Source: Rhizophagus irregularis
Lineage: Eukaryota
Reading direction: 5' to 3'
Assembly (NCBI RefSeq): GCF_026210795.1
Contig: NC_089429.1
Location: 7,626,001 to 7,690,000 of the forward strand
DNA length: 64,000 bases
Below, piece by piece: positions 12,887-25,845 of this stretch. Both the position numbers and the translations under genes were made by a program. The notes beneath the pieces were generated by a model that saw only the letters and a program-made list of their open reading frames with translations, made no database searches and was not told the origin of the DNA. How positions within the stretch are numbered: position 1 is the stretch's first letter; each line of letters starts with the position of its first letter.

Positions 12887-13300
12887 TAATTATTATGCAA
12901 GAATCATTTCCCAAATTATTCATAGGTCGATGGTTCTTGCATTTTAAATTATTTCGTTTATTCACTCTAATTATTATGCAAGAATCCATTGTCCAGAGCT
13001 ATGCATAAGGACAATGATTCTTGCATTCCATATTATTATCTTTAAAATTTATTTTATTTTACTTCCAATTAATGCAACTCATAGTCTTATTCTTCTTATT
13101 CACAATATTATAAATTATTATGATTATTTATTGTCCAGTTCTTGCATTTTATTATCTTTATTCTTAATTTAATTTTATTTACGTTCCCTCTTTCCTTTCC
13201 CTTATTCCTCGCTCTTTCCTTCATTTCCCATTTCCCATCCCTCTCCTCTTTCCAATTATTATGCAAGGATATTGTCCAGAACGTAGTAACAAAAGACATT
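12887..13300 (+). ncRNA. Cluster of paralogous hairpins (candidate small-RNA precursors)
   Basis: Two good stems (12895-12942, 12976-13026) share arms atgcaagaatc../..ttcttgcat with different loops; degenerate copies near 13110-13150 and 13254-13300. Confidence 0.35.
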
Positions 13301-13353
13301 AATTTTTAAATTTTAATTCAAGATTATTAAGAAAATAAATGATTGTAATTTGG

Positions 13354-13404
13354 AATATTAATGAAGCTTTGAAATGGCTAACTAAATCAGCAGAAAACGG
13401 ATAA
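13354..13404 (+). pseudogene. Isolated Sel1-like repeat fragment
   Basis: Translates NINEALKWLTKSAENG*, matching the Sel1 consensus A..W..KAAE.G; no surrounding ORF. Confidence 0.55.
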
Positions 13405-13464
13405 TAAAACAAGGAATCCATGACTTTACTTTAGTTAAATACTTATTAAAGTAAAGAATATTTC

Positions 13465-13615
13465 ATTCAGCCAATTACTCTTATTATGTAAATTAAGAGC
13501 TAACTACTCCTACTACGTAAATTAAGAGAGTAAAGTAGCCAATTATTCCTATTACATTGATTAAGAGAGTAGAATAATAACAAACTATTCATATTACGTT
13601 AATTAAAAGTAAAGA
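13465..13615. repeat. Degenerate short tandem repeat (~30-40 bp unit)
   Basis: Recurring 'ccaattactc/ttcctattac..aattaagagag' units. Confidence 0.55.
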
Positions 13616-15627
13616 GATATTAATAAAAAGAAACGCAAACCGATAATTCAACTCTTTTATTAGTTTATTCTCAATATTTTAAATTTAGTTCAATCATTTA
13701 TTTCAATTACAGAGTCAAAGGAAAAGTTTCTGAACTTTATTAATTTCTTTATTTTAATTTTTGTGTATTCATTCATGACTTAAAATTTAATAAATCTTGA
13801 ATATTTTTTTAAAATAAAAATTTTTGTATTATCAAAAAAATAATTAATCATGTTCGATTACTGAAGTTCTATATGTAATATGTACTAACAGTCATTTTTG
13901 CAGCATCAATATAAAATAATATAAATAATAATATAACGGAGTGATAACGTTGTTCCGACTCTGTGGCAGGAAATAATTATAAATTTATGCAGGCCAAAAA
14001 AAAAAAATCCTAATGCAGGCCATCAAGCATAGTACTATCTCATTGTATCAAGAAATTGTTTAATATAAACTAGGCAAATTACTACTTTTTTTTTATTTCT
14101 CATAAATATTGTTTATCTAAACTTTTTTTTTTTAAAAAAAAATAGAATTTTAGAAGTTGTATCGCGAATTTCTTTACAAAATCAAATATAAATTTTTTAT
14201 TTTTAAAATCTACTTTATTTTGTCTCACAGATCTACTACTACTAATCTACATAATACAATTAAGTGAACTAAATGGTGATTACATTTGCATGCAAGGGAT
14301 TCAAAGAATGCATGCATTACTCATCAATGAATCTCAAAATAGTTTACTTCGCCATTAAATAATATTTTTTTTTTTTTAACCTTTTTTGATTGCATCATTA
14401 AAGTTACTTGGTACAAAACTTTTGTGCTCCAATAAAAAAAAAGGGGGTTGATGAAATTTTTTTCGTGATATATATATTTATAGTGATAACAACTTATCAG
14501 CTTTATTATGTATGGATGTATTAAATTATATCACAATTTCCCGTTATTTTGTTTCTAATATGGACTGCTACATTTTAATAAATTATTTGAAAGTATCATT
14601 GTTATATTTTCATAGTTCATTTTCCTTGTAATATTTGTAATAATTCAATTAATTTTCCTTAGGTTTGAACTTATAAAAATGTTCAAATATAACCTCGATT
14701 ATCGTTATTTACCATTTATTTACCACTTTGAACGAAGGTAATACCATAAATAATCGTGATTGCGCAGAGAAAATAATCGTGATTATACAGAAAAAGTTCA
14801 ATCACGCGCATCATGTATATCATTTTATAATGCCTATAGCATCAGATCATCAACGATCGATATATTAAAATTTACAGTACTGATATGATAAAAATAAAAG
14901 AAGAAAAGTTCGATAAAAAATTTCAAATTTTTTTTTTTTTAAAGAAAAAAAATAAATAAATAAACAAAATGAATTATCCAAATATGTTCATTTATTGACT
15001 ACTTTCCTTGATAAAATGCTCATTAAAAAAAATTTTATCATAAACAAAAGATGACATATGATCAATTCTGAAACGCCAACATACATCGGAGTTCTTATTA
15101 AAGTGTAATATTTTTTTAGAATTATCATTTAAAACCTGTTAGAAACAATAGAAACAGGCAAAACTTGATTAACCAACTAAAGATTTTGAAAGTATCTATT
15201 TTTTTTTTGTTTACATAAAAATTCATTGAAAAATTTTTTTGCTACATATTTATTTATTTATTTATTTATTATTCATTTATTTTTATGTTTCACATATGTT
15301 TGCACCAATTATTCTATGATTAGATTAAAATAATCAATATATTTTATAATGAATAATTTTTTTAAAAAAATCACTTTTAAATCGTTCCTTTTACAGAAAT
15401 TCATATCTTAAAAAGTCTCATGAAATACGCCCTCGATGATCACATTGTTCTACAACATTTTTTACGTACGCCTAGAATAAGCATCCTTCATTCTTCGTTC
15501 AAACGCGAAAAAGGAAATCGCGTGATTCATGTGATATTTGATAAGGTGATACCTCATACCTGGCCAAGGTTTGGGATCTGCAAATTTTGTTAAGGCATTG
15601 TAACTATTCTCATATTAAAATTTATAC

Positions 15628-16580
15628 CGCCTATAATTCTATACGCTGTATGAAACATCGGCAAGAATTTATTGAATTACTACTATCTATTATTAAGATA
15701 AAATCCGCAATCAATATTTGCCCTAATTACTAAATTATATTTTAAACTTATTATAGATTACTTCACAGCTTGATCATTTGAATCCATACTGCCATTATTG
15801 AATTCCAGCTTTTATAGCAACAAATACTTTTAAAGAACGATTTATAATCAATCTTTGAACAAATTGGTTACTATTGGTTCAATGATACTTGTTCGGGATC
15901 CTAAATATGTCAAGAAGATGGCAAGATGTGTTGTGACTGACGCTCATTTCTTATCATTTGGCACGACATCAGTTCAATCCAGTTCGTCTAAATTCGGGGA
16001 TAATAGCGATAATAAAAAAATGCGTTTTTCACATCTCACGCGCGGAATAGATTTCCATCCATTTCACAAACAGAAGTACCATAAACTTTCACTTGGTTTT
16101 AATAATAAAAATATTTCAAAAAAGTCTTTAAAAACAACTTTGAAAGCTAAAAATTATGTGTTTATAATGTAAATAACGCAATATAGCGAAATAAAATAAT
16201 GAAATTTCCTATATTTTAAGGTGTAAATCTGACGCGCGTACATAGTAAACTCATTATTTTGCATATGAACGTATAATTTTTTTTTGCAAATTCTTTTTTT
16301 TTTTCGGTATATCATATAACTTTTACTTATACTAGTTAATATGTCGTCTATGAAAATATCATCCTTTTTTGAAGATTGTATTCTAGCACAAAATCGGCAA
16401 ATTTAACCCCGAATTAACAATGATAGATCGTTAAGATTATGCTGCAAAATATAGAACTTTTTATATCAAATTTAAGGTATAAAATGATTGAATACAGATA
16501 TTGATTCTATTTATACTGTAGTTTTAAATAATATTTAATTTACTTAATATTACTATAATTATTTTAATAGGTAAATACTT
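15628..16580 (+). pseudogene. 5' fragment of P-element-like transposase relic (copy C), split by a ~440-bp insertion
   Basis: VRDPKYVKKMARCVVTDAHFLSFG motif; collinear with 54360-54950 apart from 15976-16417. Confidence 0.65.
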
Positions 16581-17159
16581 TATTATGATTAGATTATCAT
16601 TTTCGCATAAACTAATGTCCGTTTCAATAATTTGATTGTTTTTTGGTTTTTGTATCATTCAATGATTTTTTTATTTTCATTGATTTTGTTGATTTTGTAG
16701 TTGATTCAGGGTATGATGTATATTAGTCAGTGTAGGTTTCTAAAGTTGGAGAATAGATTTGTCCTATTGTGGTAGTTGTGAACAAAAATCGTGATCTCCA
16801 GTTTTTATGGACTTATGGTGGACCTCAACTTTTACCAATAACGTTCCTACGCATCACGTGATCAAGAATAAATAGAAAAATCTTAATAATGAATATGAAT
16901 TATACAAATTATATAAATATCTACAGCTTTTATAACCCTTGTTTCTCATGTTTATAAAAAAAAGAAGTGATAAACTATTAAAATTATAATCGATATTTAA
17001 ATAATCATAATATTTTAATAAAAGAAGAAGTGTAAAGTATATCATTTTGAGGATAATATCCTTCTTTAATAATTGTATAAGTACTATATTGAGTATCATT
17101 TTGTTTAAATACAATAATGTTAGAGGCAGGGTAAGTAGACATTTAAACTAGCTAAGTAG

Positions 17160-17340
17160 AAGAAGTGCGCGTAAATTTATTTACGTTATTACTTATTATC
17201 GTTATTATTAACTACGAAATAGATCAAATTTTAGTGTATTACAAGATATTTCATATTAACCAATCAAAGATGTGCCAATTTAGTGGGGTTACCCCTAAAA
17301 AAATTAGGGTGATACGCGCATCTGGAAAAGTATAAATTAT
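17160..17340 (+). promoter_or_regulatory. Putative promoter of bromodomain gene (also at ~20400-20570)
   Basis: GCGCGTAAA, two CCAAT boxes, palindromic ggggttacccc, and TATA-like gtataaat ~120 bp upstream of the ATG; conserved in both duplicates. Confidence 0.45.
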
Positions 17341-17452
17341 TTGAATCTTTCATTTTCATTTTTATTTTTTTTGCCAATAACTCTCTTTCCTTTTTTATAA
17401 GCCCATTTTTTTCTTTACCACTTTATACATTATTTTCGCTGTTTTTTTCGCT

Positions 17453-18920
17453 ATGACCAAAGTTACTGCAAAAAACATAATTCCACGAAGCGTAAATGGA
17501 CGCAGAAACAATAGAAAACACATATTATTAAGAAGTGGAATATGCTATTCTCGTACTAAAGATAATAAAAATGAAGTCGTCACGAACGTTATTGTTTCTA
17601 CGGGACAACCAGCTGTAATTCCAGACCGCGTAAGCCAGGGCGTAAGTGGACATAGCTGCGGCTTCCGCGTGCGCTTTGCTAGCGATGGTGTATTTTGCCT
17701 GCCCTTCGTTAGCAATCAATTAAAAAAGAAAATAATACGTATAAAGTCGATTCTAAAGACGTCCAGTAAGTACAAACAAGAAAGTTACGTACGTCCAGTT
17801 CCTGGTGTACCTGAACCAGAGCCAAAACAGACGATAGCGTTGCGAAAATATTTGGAATCGCTTTGTTTAAACGAACAAGTATTAAGTCGTGAGATATTGC
17901 TTCGTCTCGGGACGTATATGCTGGATTGTTTTGTTTCTCAAGGATGGTGTCGTCCTTTTATTAATCCTGTACCCGAATCGGCTCGGAATTATCACCTTCG
18001 CATCGCACGTCCGATGGATTTATTAACAGTTGAACATAAACTTTGGGCAGGAGAATACGATGGTGCAGTTTCAAAATTCTATGATGATTTAGCACAGATT
18101 ATTTATAATGCATTCAAATTCCATGAAGAAAATTCCGTAATATTCAAAGAAGCAGATTCGATGCTTACGTGTTTTGTCAATTTAACAACGAAGTTTTCGA
18201 AACCACCATATGATAATAAATTGAACTTCGCACTTGCTCAGATTGGTGCTAAACTCCCTCATGAAGAATTTGATAATGTTTGTAGAGTAGTACCAAATAT
18301 TAAGAGGTATTCTTTTTTTTGTTTTCCTTTTTTAACGGTTTCTTTTGTTTAATATTTATTTTTTTTTTCGCGTGTAAATTAGTAAAATATATATAGTACC
18401 TTTGTATTCGTTCCTCCAAGTTACAAGTAGTGGTAGTAACGTTGCAAAACTTCCCTATGCTGCCGTTGAACGTTTAGATCCGATGTCAAGTTCTCTTTTT
18501 GACACATTCGAACGTGAAAGTCTCCCTCCGGTTAAATTTCAACCAACAGAAACGCATTGCAACTTTGCACGTCTATACATCACCAAGGGTTCAAAGAATA
18601 TTAAAAAATGTAGAGATGAACGCAATGCAATTCTCGTAATTGTGAAGGATGTTTCTTATGAAATCAGTGAGAATCGATTGCGATGTAATGTGATCATTTC
18701 AAAACCATTTGGCGAGCTACGTGATCTCGACACGTTCGAATTATCAGATGCACGATATTGGACCCGAGTTGCCTTACTTGATAAAAAGGCACTCGATCTT
18801 AAAGTTGGGCCAAAATTCTTTAAAGAATACTTACGAGAACCTTTTAAGGTTTCGGAATATGAACAACAGCGGGACAATAAAAATTTTTTGAAAGCTATGA
18901 ATCTATCTAAGTCACGTTGA
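17453..18920 (+). CDS. Non-canonical bromodomain protein, 463 aa, 2 exons (17453-18306, 18383-18920)
   Basis: Bromodomain motifs CRPFINPV..NYHLRIARPMDLLTVEHKL..Y..FYDDLAQIIYNAFKFH..SVIFKEA; a 76-nt GT-AG intron (18307-18382) joins the two ORF-track ORFs in frame (NIK-S-KIYIVPLYSF). Confidence 0.88.
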
Positions 18921-20679
18921 TTGAAATTATCACGTGATCTTTTTTTTTAATTTATTTTCAATTATTTTTTATTTATTTATTTTATTTATTTTCGATCAAT
19001 ACGATCAATACAAATAATCAAATTTAGATAAATTATTACTTTTTAAATATCGTGTAATTTCTCTTATATTGATGCATATTTTATTTATTTTCAATCAATA
19101 CAAATAAACAAATTTAAATAAATTATTATTTGATGTATCAATTGACCTTTAACATTTTTTTTATAACTTTTCAGTTTTAATTAAATAAATCAAATATTGA
19201 TTATCTTACTAAAATCCGAAAAAAAAACTTTATTTCAATACAATCAATACAATAAAAGGTAATATGATTCCAATATAAAATAAGAACATGAATCCATGAA
19301 GCAATGAGATAGAATTAATCAATTGATTATCCAAATATATTTTGATCATAGAACATGTAAATAAAAAACAATTTAATGAGAATTTTCTTTCGAAATCATT
19401 CGGCGCGATAAGTCATTAATAAATTAATTGCAACGTTTTAATAATTTGTTTTTAATTAATCAACCTTTAAGACCAGTCACATTTATTCCATGTAATCCAA
19501 CATTAAAAGGTAATTTCCATTAAAAAAACGTATAAATAGAGTTCTTAAAAAATTATTCGCTAAACAAAGTGTTGCTAATAAAAATTTAAAAACTCCATAA
19601 TATCTAACATCAAATCCGAACCCCAATTAATTGGAGAAACTAACCTTTTCCATGAAGTCCAAACTGGGGATATATCAAGAGTCAAGAAAAGAAATACATA
19701 TATTCTCCCCCATTATCTTGGGAGATTAATCAAGACAACAACAAGGTATTATTGAGTTTGAATACAAAAGATAACGCGCGTACATAGTAAACTCATTATT
19801 TTGCATATGAACGTATAATTTTTTTTTTTGCAAATTCTTTATATCAATTTAAGGTATAAAATGATTAAATACAGATATTGATTTTATTTATACTGTAGTT
19901 TTAAATAATATTTAATTTACTTAATATTACTATAATTTTTTGCATCATTCAATAATTTTTTGATTTTGTAGTTTATTCAGGGTATGATGTATATTGGTCA
20001 GTGTAGGTTTCTAAAGTTGGAGAATAGATTTGGTAGTTGTGAACAAAAATCGATCTCCAGTTGACCTCAACTTTTACCAATAACGTTCCTACGCATCACG
20101 TGATCAAGAATAAATAGAAAAATCTTAATAATGAATATGAATTATATAAATTATATAAATATCTACAGCTTTTATAACCCTTGTTTTTCATGTTTATAAA
20201 AAAAGAAGTGATAAACTGTTAAAATTATAATCGATATTTAAATAATCATAATATTTTAATAAAAAAAGAAGTGTAAAGTATATCATTTTGAGGATAATAT
20301 CCTTCTTTAATAGTTGTATAAGTATATTGAGTACCATTTTGATTAAATACAATAATGGTAGAGGCAGGGTAAGTAGACATTTAAACTAGCTAAGTAGAAG
20401 AAGTGCGCGTAAATTTATTTACGTTATTATTATTATTAACCACGAAATTTTAGTGTATTACAAGATATTTCAGATATTTCATATTAACCAATCAAAGTGG
20501 TGCCAATTTAGTGGGGTTACCCCTAAAAAATTAGGGTGATATGCGCATCTGGAAAAGTATAAATTATTTGAATCTTTCATTTTCATTTTTATTTTTTTTG
20601 CCAATAACTCTCTTTACTTTTTAATAAGCCCATTTTTTTCTTTACCACTTTATACATTATTTTCGCTGTTTTTTTCGCT

Positions 20680-22150
20680 ATGACCAAAGTTACTGCAAAA
20701 AACATAATTCCACGAAGCTTAAATGGACGCAGAAACAATAGAAAACACATATTATTAAGAAGTGGAATATGCTATTCTCGTACTAAAGATAATAAAAATG
20801 AAGTCGTTACGAACTTTATTGTTTCTACGGGACAACCAGCCGCAATTCCAGACCGCGTAAGCCAGGGCGTAAGTGGACACAGCTGCGGCTTCCGCGTGCG
20901 CTTTGCTAGCGATGGTGTATTTTGCCTGCCCTTCGTTAGCAATCAATTAAAAAAGAAAATAATACGTATAAAGTCAATTCTAAAGACGTCCAGTAAGTAC
21001 AACAAAGAAAGTTACGTACGTCCAGTTCCTGGTGTACCTGAACCAGAGCCAAAACAAACGATAGCGCTGCGAAAATATTTGGAATCGCTTTGTTTAAACG
21101 AACAAGTATTAAGTCGTGAGATATTGCTTCGTCTCGGGACATATATGTTGGATTGCTTTGTTTCTCAAGGATGGTGTCGCCCTTTTATTAAACCTGTACA
21201 AGAATCGGCTCGGATTTATCACCTTCGCATCGCACGTCCGATGGATTTATTAACAGTTGAACATAAACTTTGGGCAGGAGAATACGATGGTGCAGTTTCA
21301 AAATTCTATGATGATTTAGCACAGATTATTTACAATGCATTCAAATTCCATGAAGAAATTCCGTAATATTCAAAGAAGCAGATTCGATGCTTACGTGTTT
21401 TGTCAATTTAACAACGAAGTTTTCGAAACCACCACATGATATAAATAAATTGGACTTCGCACTTGCTCAGATTGGTGCTAAACTCCCTCATGAAGAATTT
21501 GATGATGTTTGTAGAGTAGTACCAAATATTAAGAGGTACTCATTTTTTTTTGGTTTCCTTTTTTAACGGTTTCTTTTGTTTAATAATATTTTTTTTTTCG
21601 CGTGTAAATTAGTAAAATATATATAGTACCTTTGTATTCGTTCCTTCAAGTTACAAGGAGTGGTAGTAACGTTGCAAAACTTCCCTATGCTGCCGCTGAA
21701 CGTTTGGATCCGATGTCAAGTTCTCTTTTTGACACATTCGAACGTGAAAGTCTCCCTCCGGTTAAATTTCAACCAACAGAAACGCATTGCAACTTTTCGC
21801 GTCTATACATCACCAAGGGTTCAAAGAATATTAAAAAATGTAGAGATGAACGCAATGCAATTCTCGTAATTGTGAAGGATGTTTCTTATGAAATCAGTGA
21901 GAATCGATTGCGATGTAATGTGATCATTTCAAAACCATTTGGCGAGCTACGTGATCTCGACACGTTCGAATTATCAGATGCACGATATTGGATCCGAGTT
22001 GCTTTACTTGATAAAAAGGCACTCGATCTTAAAGTTGGGCCAAAATTCTTTAAAGAATACTTACGAGAACCTTTTAAGGTTTCGGAATATGAACAACAGC
22101 GGGACAATAAAAATTTTTTGAAAGCTTTGAATCTATCTAAGTCACGTTGA
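20680..22150 (+). pseudogene. Second copy of bromodomain gene with a 1-nt frameshift (pseudogene or sequencing error)
   Basis: Nearly identical to 17453-18920; catgaagaaattcc (3 A) versus catgaagaaaattcc (4 A) gives a stop at 21366; intron 21536-21612 and exon 2 remain intact. Confidence 0.8.
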
Positions 22151-24339
22151 TTGAAATTATCACGTGATCTTTTTTTTTAATTTATTTTCAATTATTTTTT
22201 ATTTATTTATTTTATTTATTTTCGATCAATACGATCAATACAAATAATCAAATTTAGATAAATTATTACTTTTTTAAAATATCGTGTAATTTCTCTTATA
22301 TTGATGCATATTTTATTTATTTTCAATCAATACAAATAAACAAATTTAAATAAATTATTACTTTTTTAAAATATCGTGTAATTTCTCTTATATTGATGCA
22401 TTGAAATATCAATCCGATCATGGGTATCATACAAATACAATAGATCCGCTACATGCATAGATACATTTAAAAAAAACAAGATATCAGATAAAGTATCGTT
22501 TTCGCACATCTGATAATCCCTTTCGGTTTATTTGATGTATCAATTAACCTTTAACATTTTTTTTTTAACATTTTTTTTTATAACTTTTCAGTTTTAATTA
22601 AATAAATCAAATATTGATTATCTTACTAAAGTCCGAAAAAAAAACTTTATTTCAATACAATCAATACAATAAAAGGTAATATGTTTCCAATATAAAATAA
22701 GAACAGAATCCATGAAGCAATGAGATAGATTTAATACAATTGATTATCCAAATATATTTATTTTGATTATAGAACATGTAAATAAAAACAATTCAATGAG
22801 AATTTTCTTTCGAAATCATTCGGCGCGAACTTCCAATAAGTCATTAAATTAATTGCAACGATTTGTTTTTAATTATTCAACCTTTAAGACCAGTCACATT
22901 TGTTCCATGTAATCCAACTTTTATTTATCAGAAACATTAAAAGGTAATTTCCATTAAAAAAAGTATAAATAGAGTTCTTAAAAAAAACGATTATTCGCTA
23001 AACAAAGTGTTGTTAATAAACTCCATAATATCTAAATCAAATCCGAACCCCAATTAATTGGAGAAACTAACCCTTCCCATGAAGTCCAAACTGGGGATAT
23101 ATCAAGAGTCAAGAAAAGAAATACATATAAGCTCCCCATTATCTTGGGAGATTAATCAAGACAACAACAAGGTATTATTTAGTTTGAATACTAAAGATAA
23201 GAATATATTACATGTATTAACAATTTACAATTTTAATAATTAGTGACCATGTGTCCAGGTGGTTCGTCAATTATTTCTTCTTTGAACACCGTAAGGGAGT
23301 AAACAGACGAATCTTCCTTTTAATAACAAATATTGTGTTGTTATCTGTTTCTCTCACAATAATTTTTCAGAAAAATGTTTATTTTTATGTATTTTTATTT
23401 TATGAAAAAAATTAAGATTTTTGTGATTTCAATCGAACCTTCGATTTGGCACGTTACGAAATAAATGTATTCCTTGCGACATCAATAATAACACGATTTT
23501 TTTATTATTATTTAATTCCTATAAAATTCTTTTTTTTAAAAAAAAAAATCTTCATTCATTGACGTGCACTATCCGAAATTTTTTTTTTCGTCGAAATTAT
23601 CGTATTCTCTTATCGTTATTTTCGTTATTTTAAATATTATGTACTTTTCAAAAGTCAACTGATATTTCTTTTTTTTCTTTTTATAACACGAATAATTTTT
23701 TATATACAGTAATAATAAATTTATTCGATTACTTTATTATGCAAAATTTATGTTAATAAATACAAAATAGTTTAGCTTCTTTAATACATATGGCGTAATC
23801 ACATATTTAAAGAAATTTAGGGTGATTTTTTCTCTTCAAACTCTTCTCGCAATCAAAAAAAAAAAATTTCAAAAAACAAAATAAAGTATCTTCCAATATC
23901 TTCTTCTATAAAATAAACATTTTACTTCTTAGAGCCCCTATAAAAAATTTTTTGGAAAATTGATCATGTCAGAGTTTTTTTGGAATGAAAACGTAATGCG
24001 GGAGAAAATACCAATTGGTAAATGTTCTTAAATTTCATTATTTATTATTAATCTTTTTTTTTGCAACATTAATTTTATTAATATATAAATTAAATAGGAC
24101 CACGAACTTCTAAAGAACAATCGCTTTCTTATTTTGTGAAAATAATAAATTTCAAAATGGAATTTTTTATTTTCACAAAGTAAGAAAGCGAAAAAAATTT
24201 ACGAGGGCTTGTAAAAAACGAATTTTAATTTAAATAGGCCATCTTTAATTATAAATGAGGAATCACAAATTGATAATTCATCATTTCAATTATTATTACG
24301 TTTCATTTTTAAGAGAATTGGATGTAAGCTTTATCTTTA

Positions 24340-24860
24340 ATAATATTTAGTTATATTTTATTATTTATTTATATGGCATTGAAGAAACGGCAAATAAGAA
24401 ATAAAAAATAGAGTATATTAAGTATTGAAAGTAATATATGCAAAAAAAATGTTATTCAAGGAAGATGTTCTAAACCATCTTTACTCTTCTCAGCGAGTAA
24501 AGATCTTTCTATACGTTTATAGAACCTCAAGACCATGCAGACTGTCACCATCTTCGCCGAAGAATGTGTAGTAAGGATAGTCATAATATTTAGTCATAGT
24601 AATATTTAGTTATTTTATTATTTATTTATATGGTATTAAAGAAACGGTAAATAAACGATAAAAAAAATAATAAACTAAGTATTTTAAATGAGTTCATTTA
24701 CTGCAAGGGTTAAGATAGATCAAATTTTCGTGTTTGATAAAAAAAAAAAGCCGTATTGACGTGGTGTAGAAGTAGTAGATTTGAAAGTAATATATGCAAA
24801 AAAAAGATAAAAAAAAAAAATGTTATTCAAGGAAGACGTTCTAAGCCATCTTTACACTCA
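24340..24860. repeat. Local degenerate direct duplication
   Basis: 'taatatttagttat..attatttatttatatgg..gaaacgg' and 'gaaagtaatatatgcaaaaaaa..tgttattcaaggaaga.gttctaa.ccatctttac' each occur twice (~24340-24487 and ~24600-24858). Confidence 0.75.
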
Positions 24861-25667
24861 TCCTAACAATTTTAACATTTTTAAACTCGCCGTTGTCGGA
24901 GCGATAACCGCATCATAACAATTAGAGGAAGTTTGTATCGCAGCTTGAGAAGCATAACGGGAATTCGGTGAAAGATTCGGTTTTTGGAAGGGCGTTTCTT
25001 TGGCTTCTACTTTCCCTTGGGCCTTATTTTGGTTTTCTCTGAAATTTCACTCCAATGATCTTAATTCGTGATTTAATTCCTTGCAGCCTCTTAGTTACAA
25101 TATCGGTACTACTAGTAAGATACCCTCTATAACCAATTTTTTTCCGTAATATTATAAGTCTTCAAAAATGCACAATGGTATGTGTTTGTTTTCGCTTAGC
25201 TTACATTTATTTTAAAGCCAATCGTATTATTCCCAATAATTAATAAAGATTCGAACTTGCTAATATTTCTTCATTATAGTAGAAAGATTCGAACTTTCTA
25301 CTATTTCTTCATTATAGTACTTCCTAACAATATTTACATGTTCTGCTGTAATAATTGAAGATGATATTTAATTGTCTTCTAATAATCTTTTTCAATAAAA
25401 GTTAAGGATATTATTACGTAATTTTTTAGGGTGACCCGTGGCTGTGTAGCAAAAATCTTGCGTTACGCTTAATAATAACGTCACGATTGTTCAAAACTAC
25501 TGCCTTGGCAGAAGTCTCTTGAACATTTTCAATTATACGTTTCTTTGTTTTGGGACTTTTGTTTTTGTCTGATACACTATATTCATCAATCTTTGCATGA
25601 CTTGATGCTCCAGAATATATCATTTCCATTATTTCTCGAAAACTGACGCGTTTCGCGTTTTCGATCT

Positions 25668-25845
25668 TGCACCATGTCTATAATCCAATATGGCGATTTG
25701 AGTAAAATAATTCATGTATTTCTCATCTTCATTTTGGCTTTGTTTTTGTAATCTTTGAAATTCGCGATGAAGGCAATATGATATTATTTTTTGAATAAAA
25801 GACTTTCTGATTCGATCGGTAAAAAATTGGCTATTACTTTATAAT
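25668..25845 (-). pseudogene. Fragment paralogous to the F-box/LRR gene at 42853
   Basis: Reverse strand 'aaagtaatagccaattttttaccgatcgaatcagaa..atattgccttcat..atgaattattttactcaaatc..ggatta.aga.atggtgcaa' aligns with 43045-43200; frameshifted. Confidence 0.8.

Larger units (their letters stand above)
16232..23200 (+). repeat. Head-to-tail tandem segmental duplication (units 16232-19773 and 19774-~23200)
   Basis: Both units start 'acgcgcgtacatagtaaactc' and end 'gtttgaatac(a/t)aaagata'; junction at 19773/19774; each holds promoter, bromodomain gene and 3' region. Confidence 0.95.

Noticed and set aside
17528..22121. Short antisense or alternate-frame ORFs overlapping the bromodomain genes
   Set aside because: Shadow ORFs; their recurrence only reflects the recent duplication.
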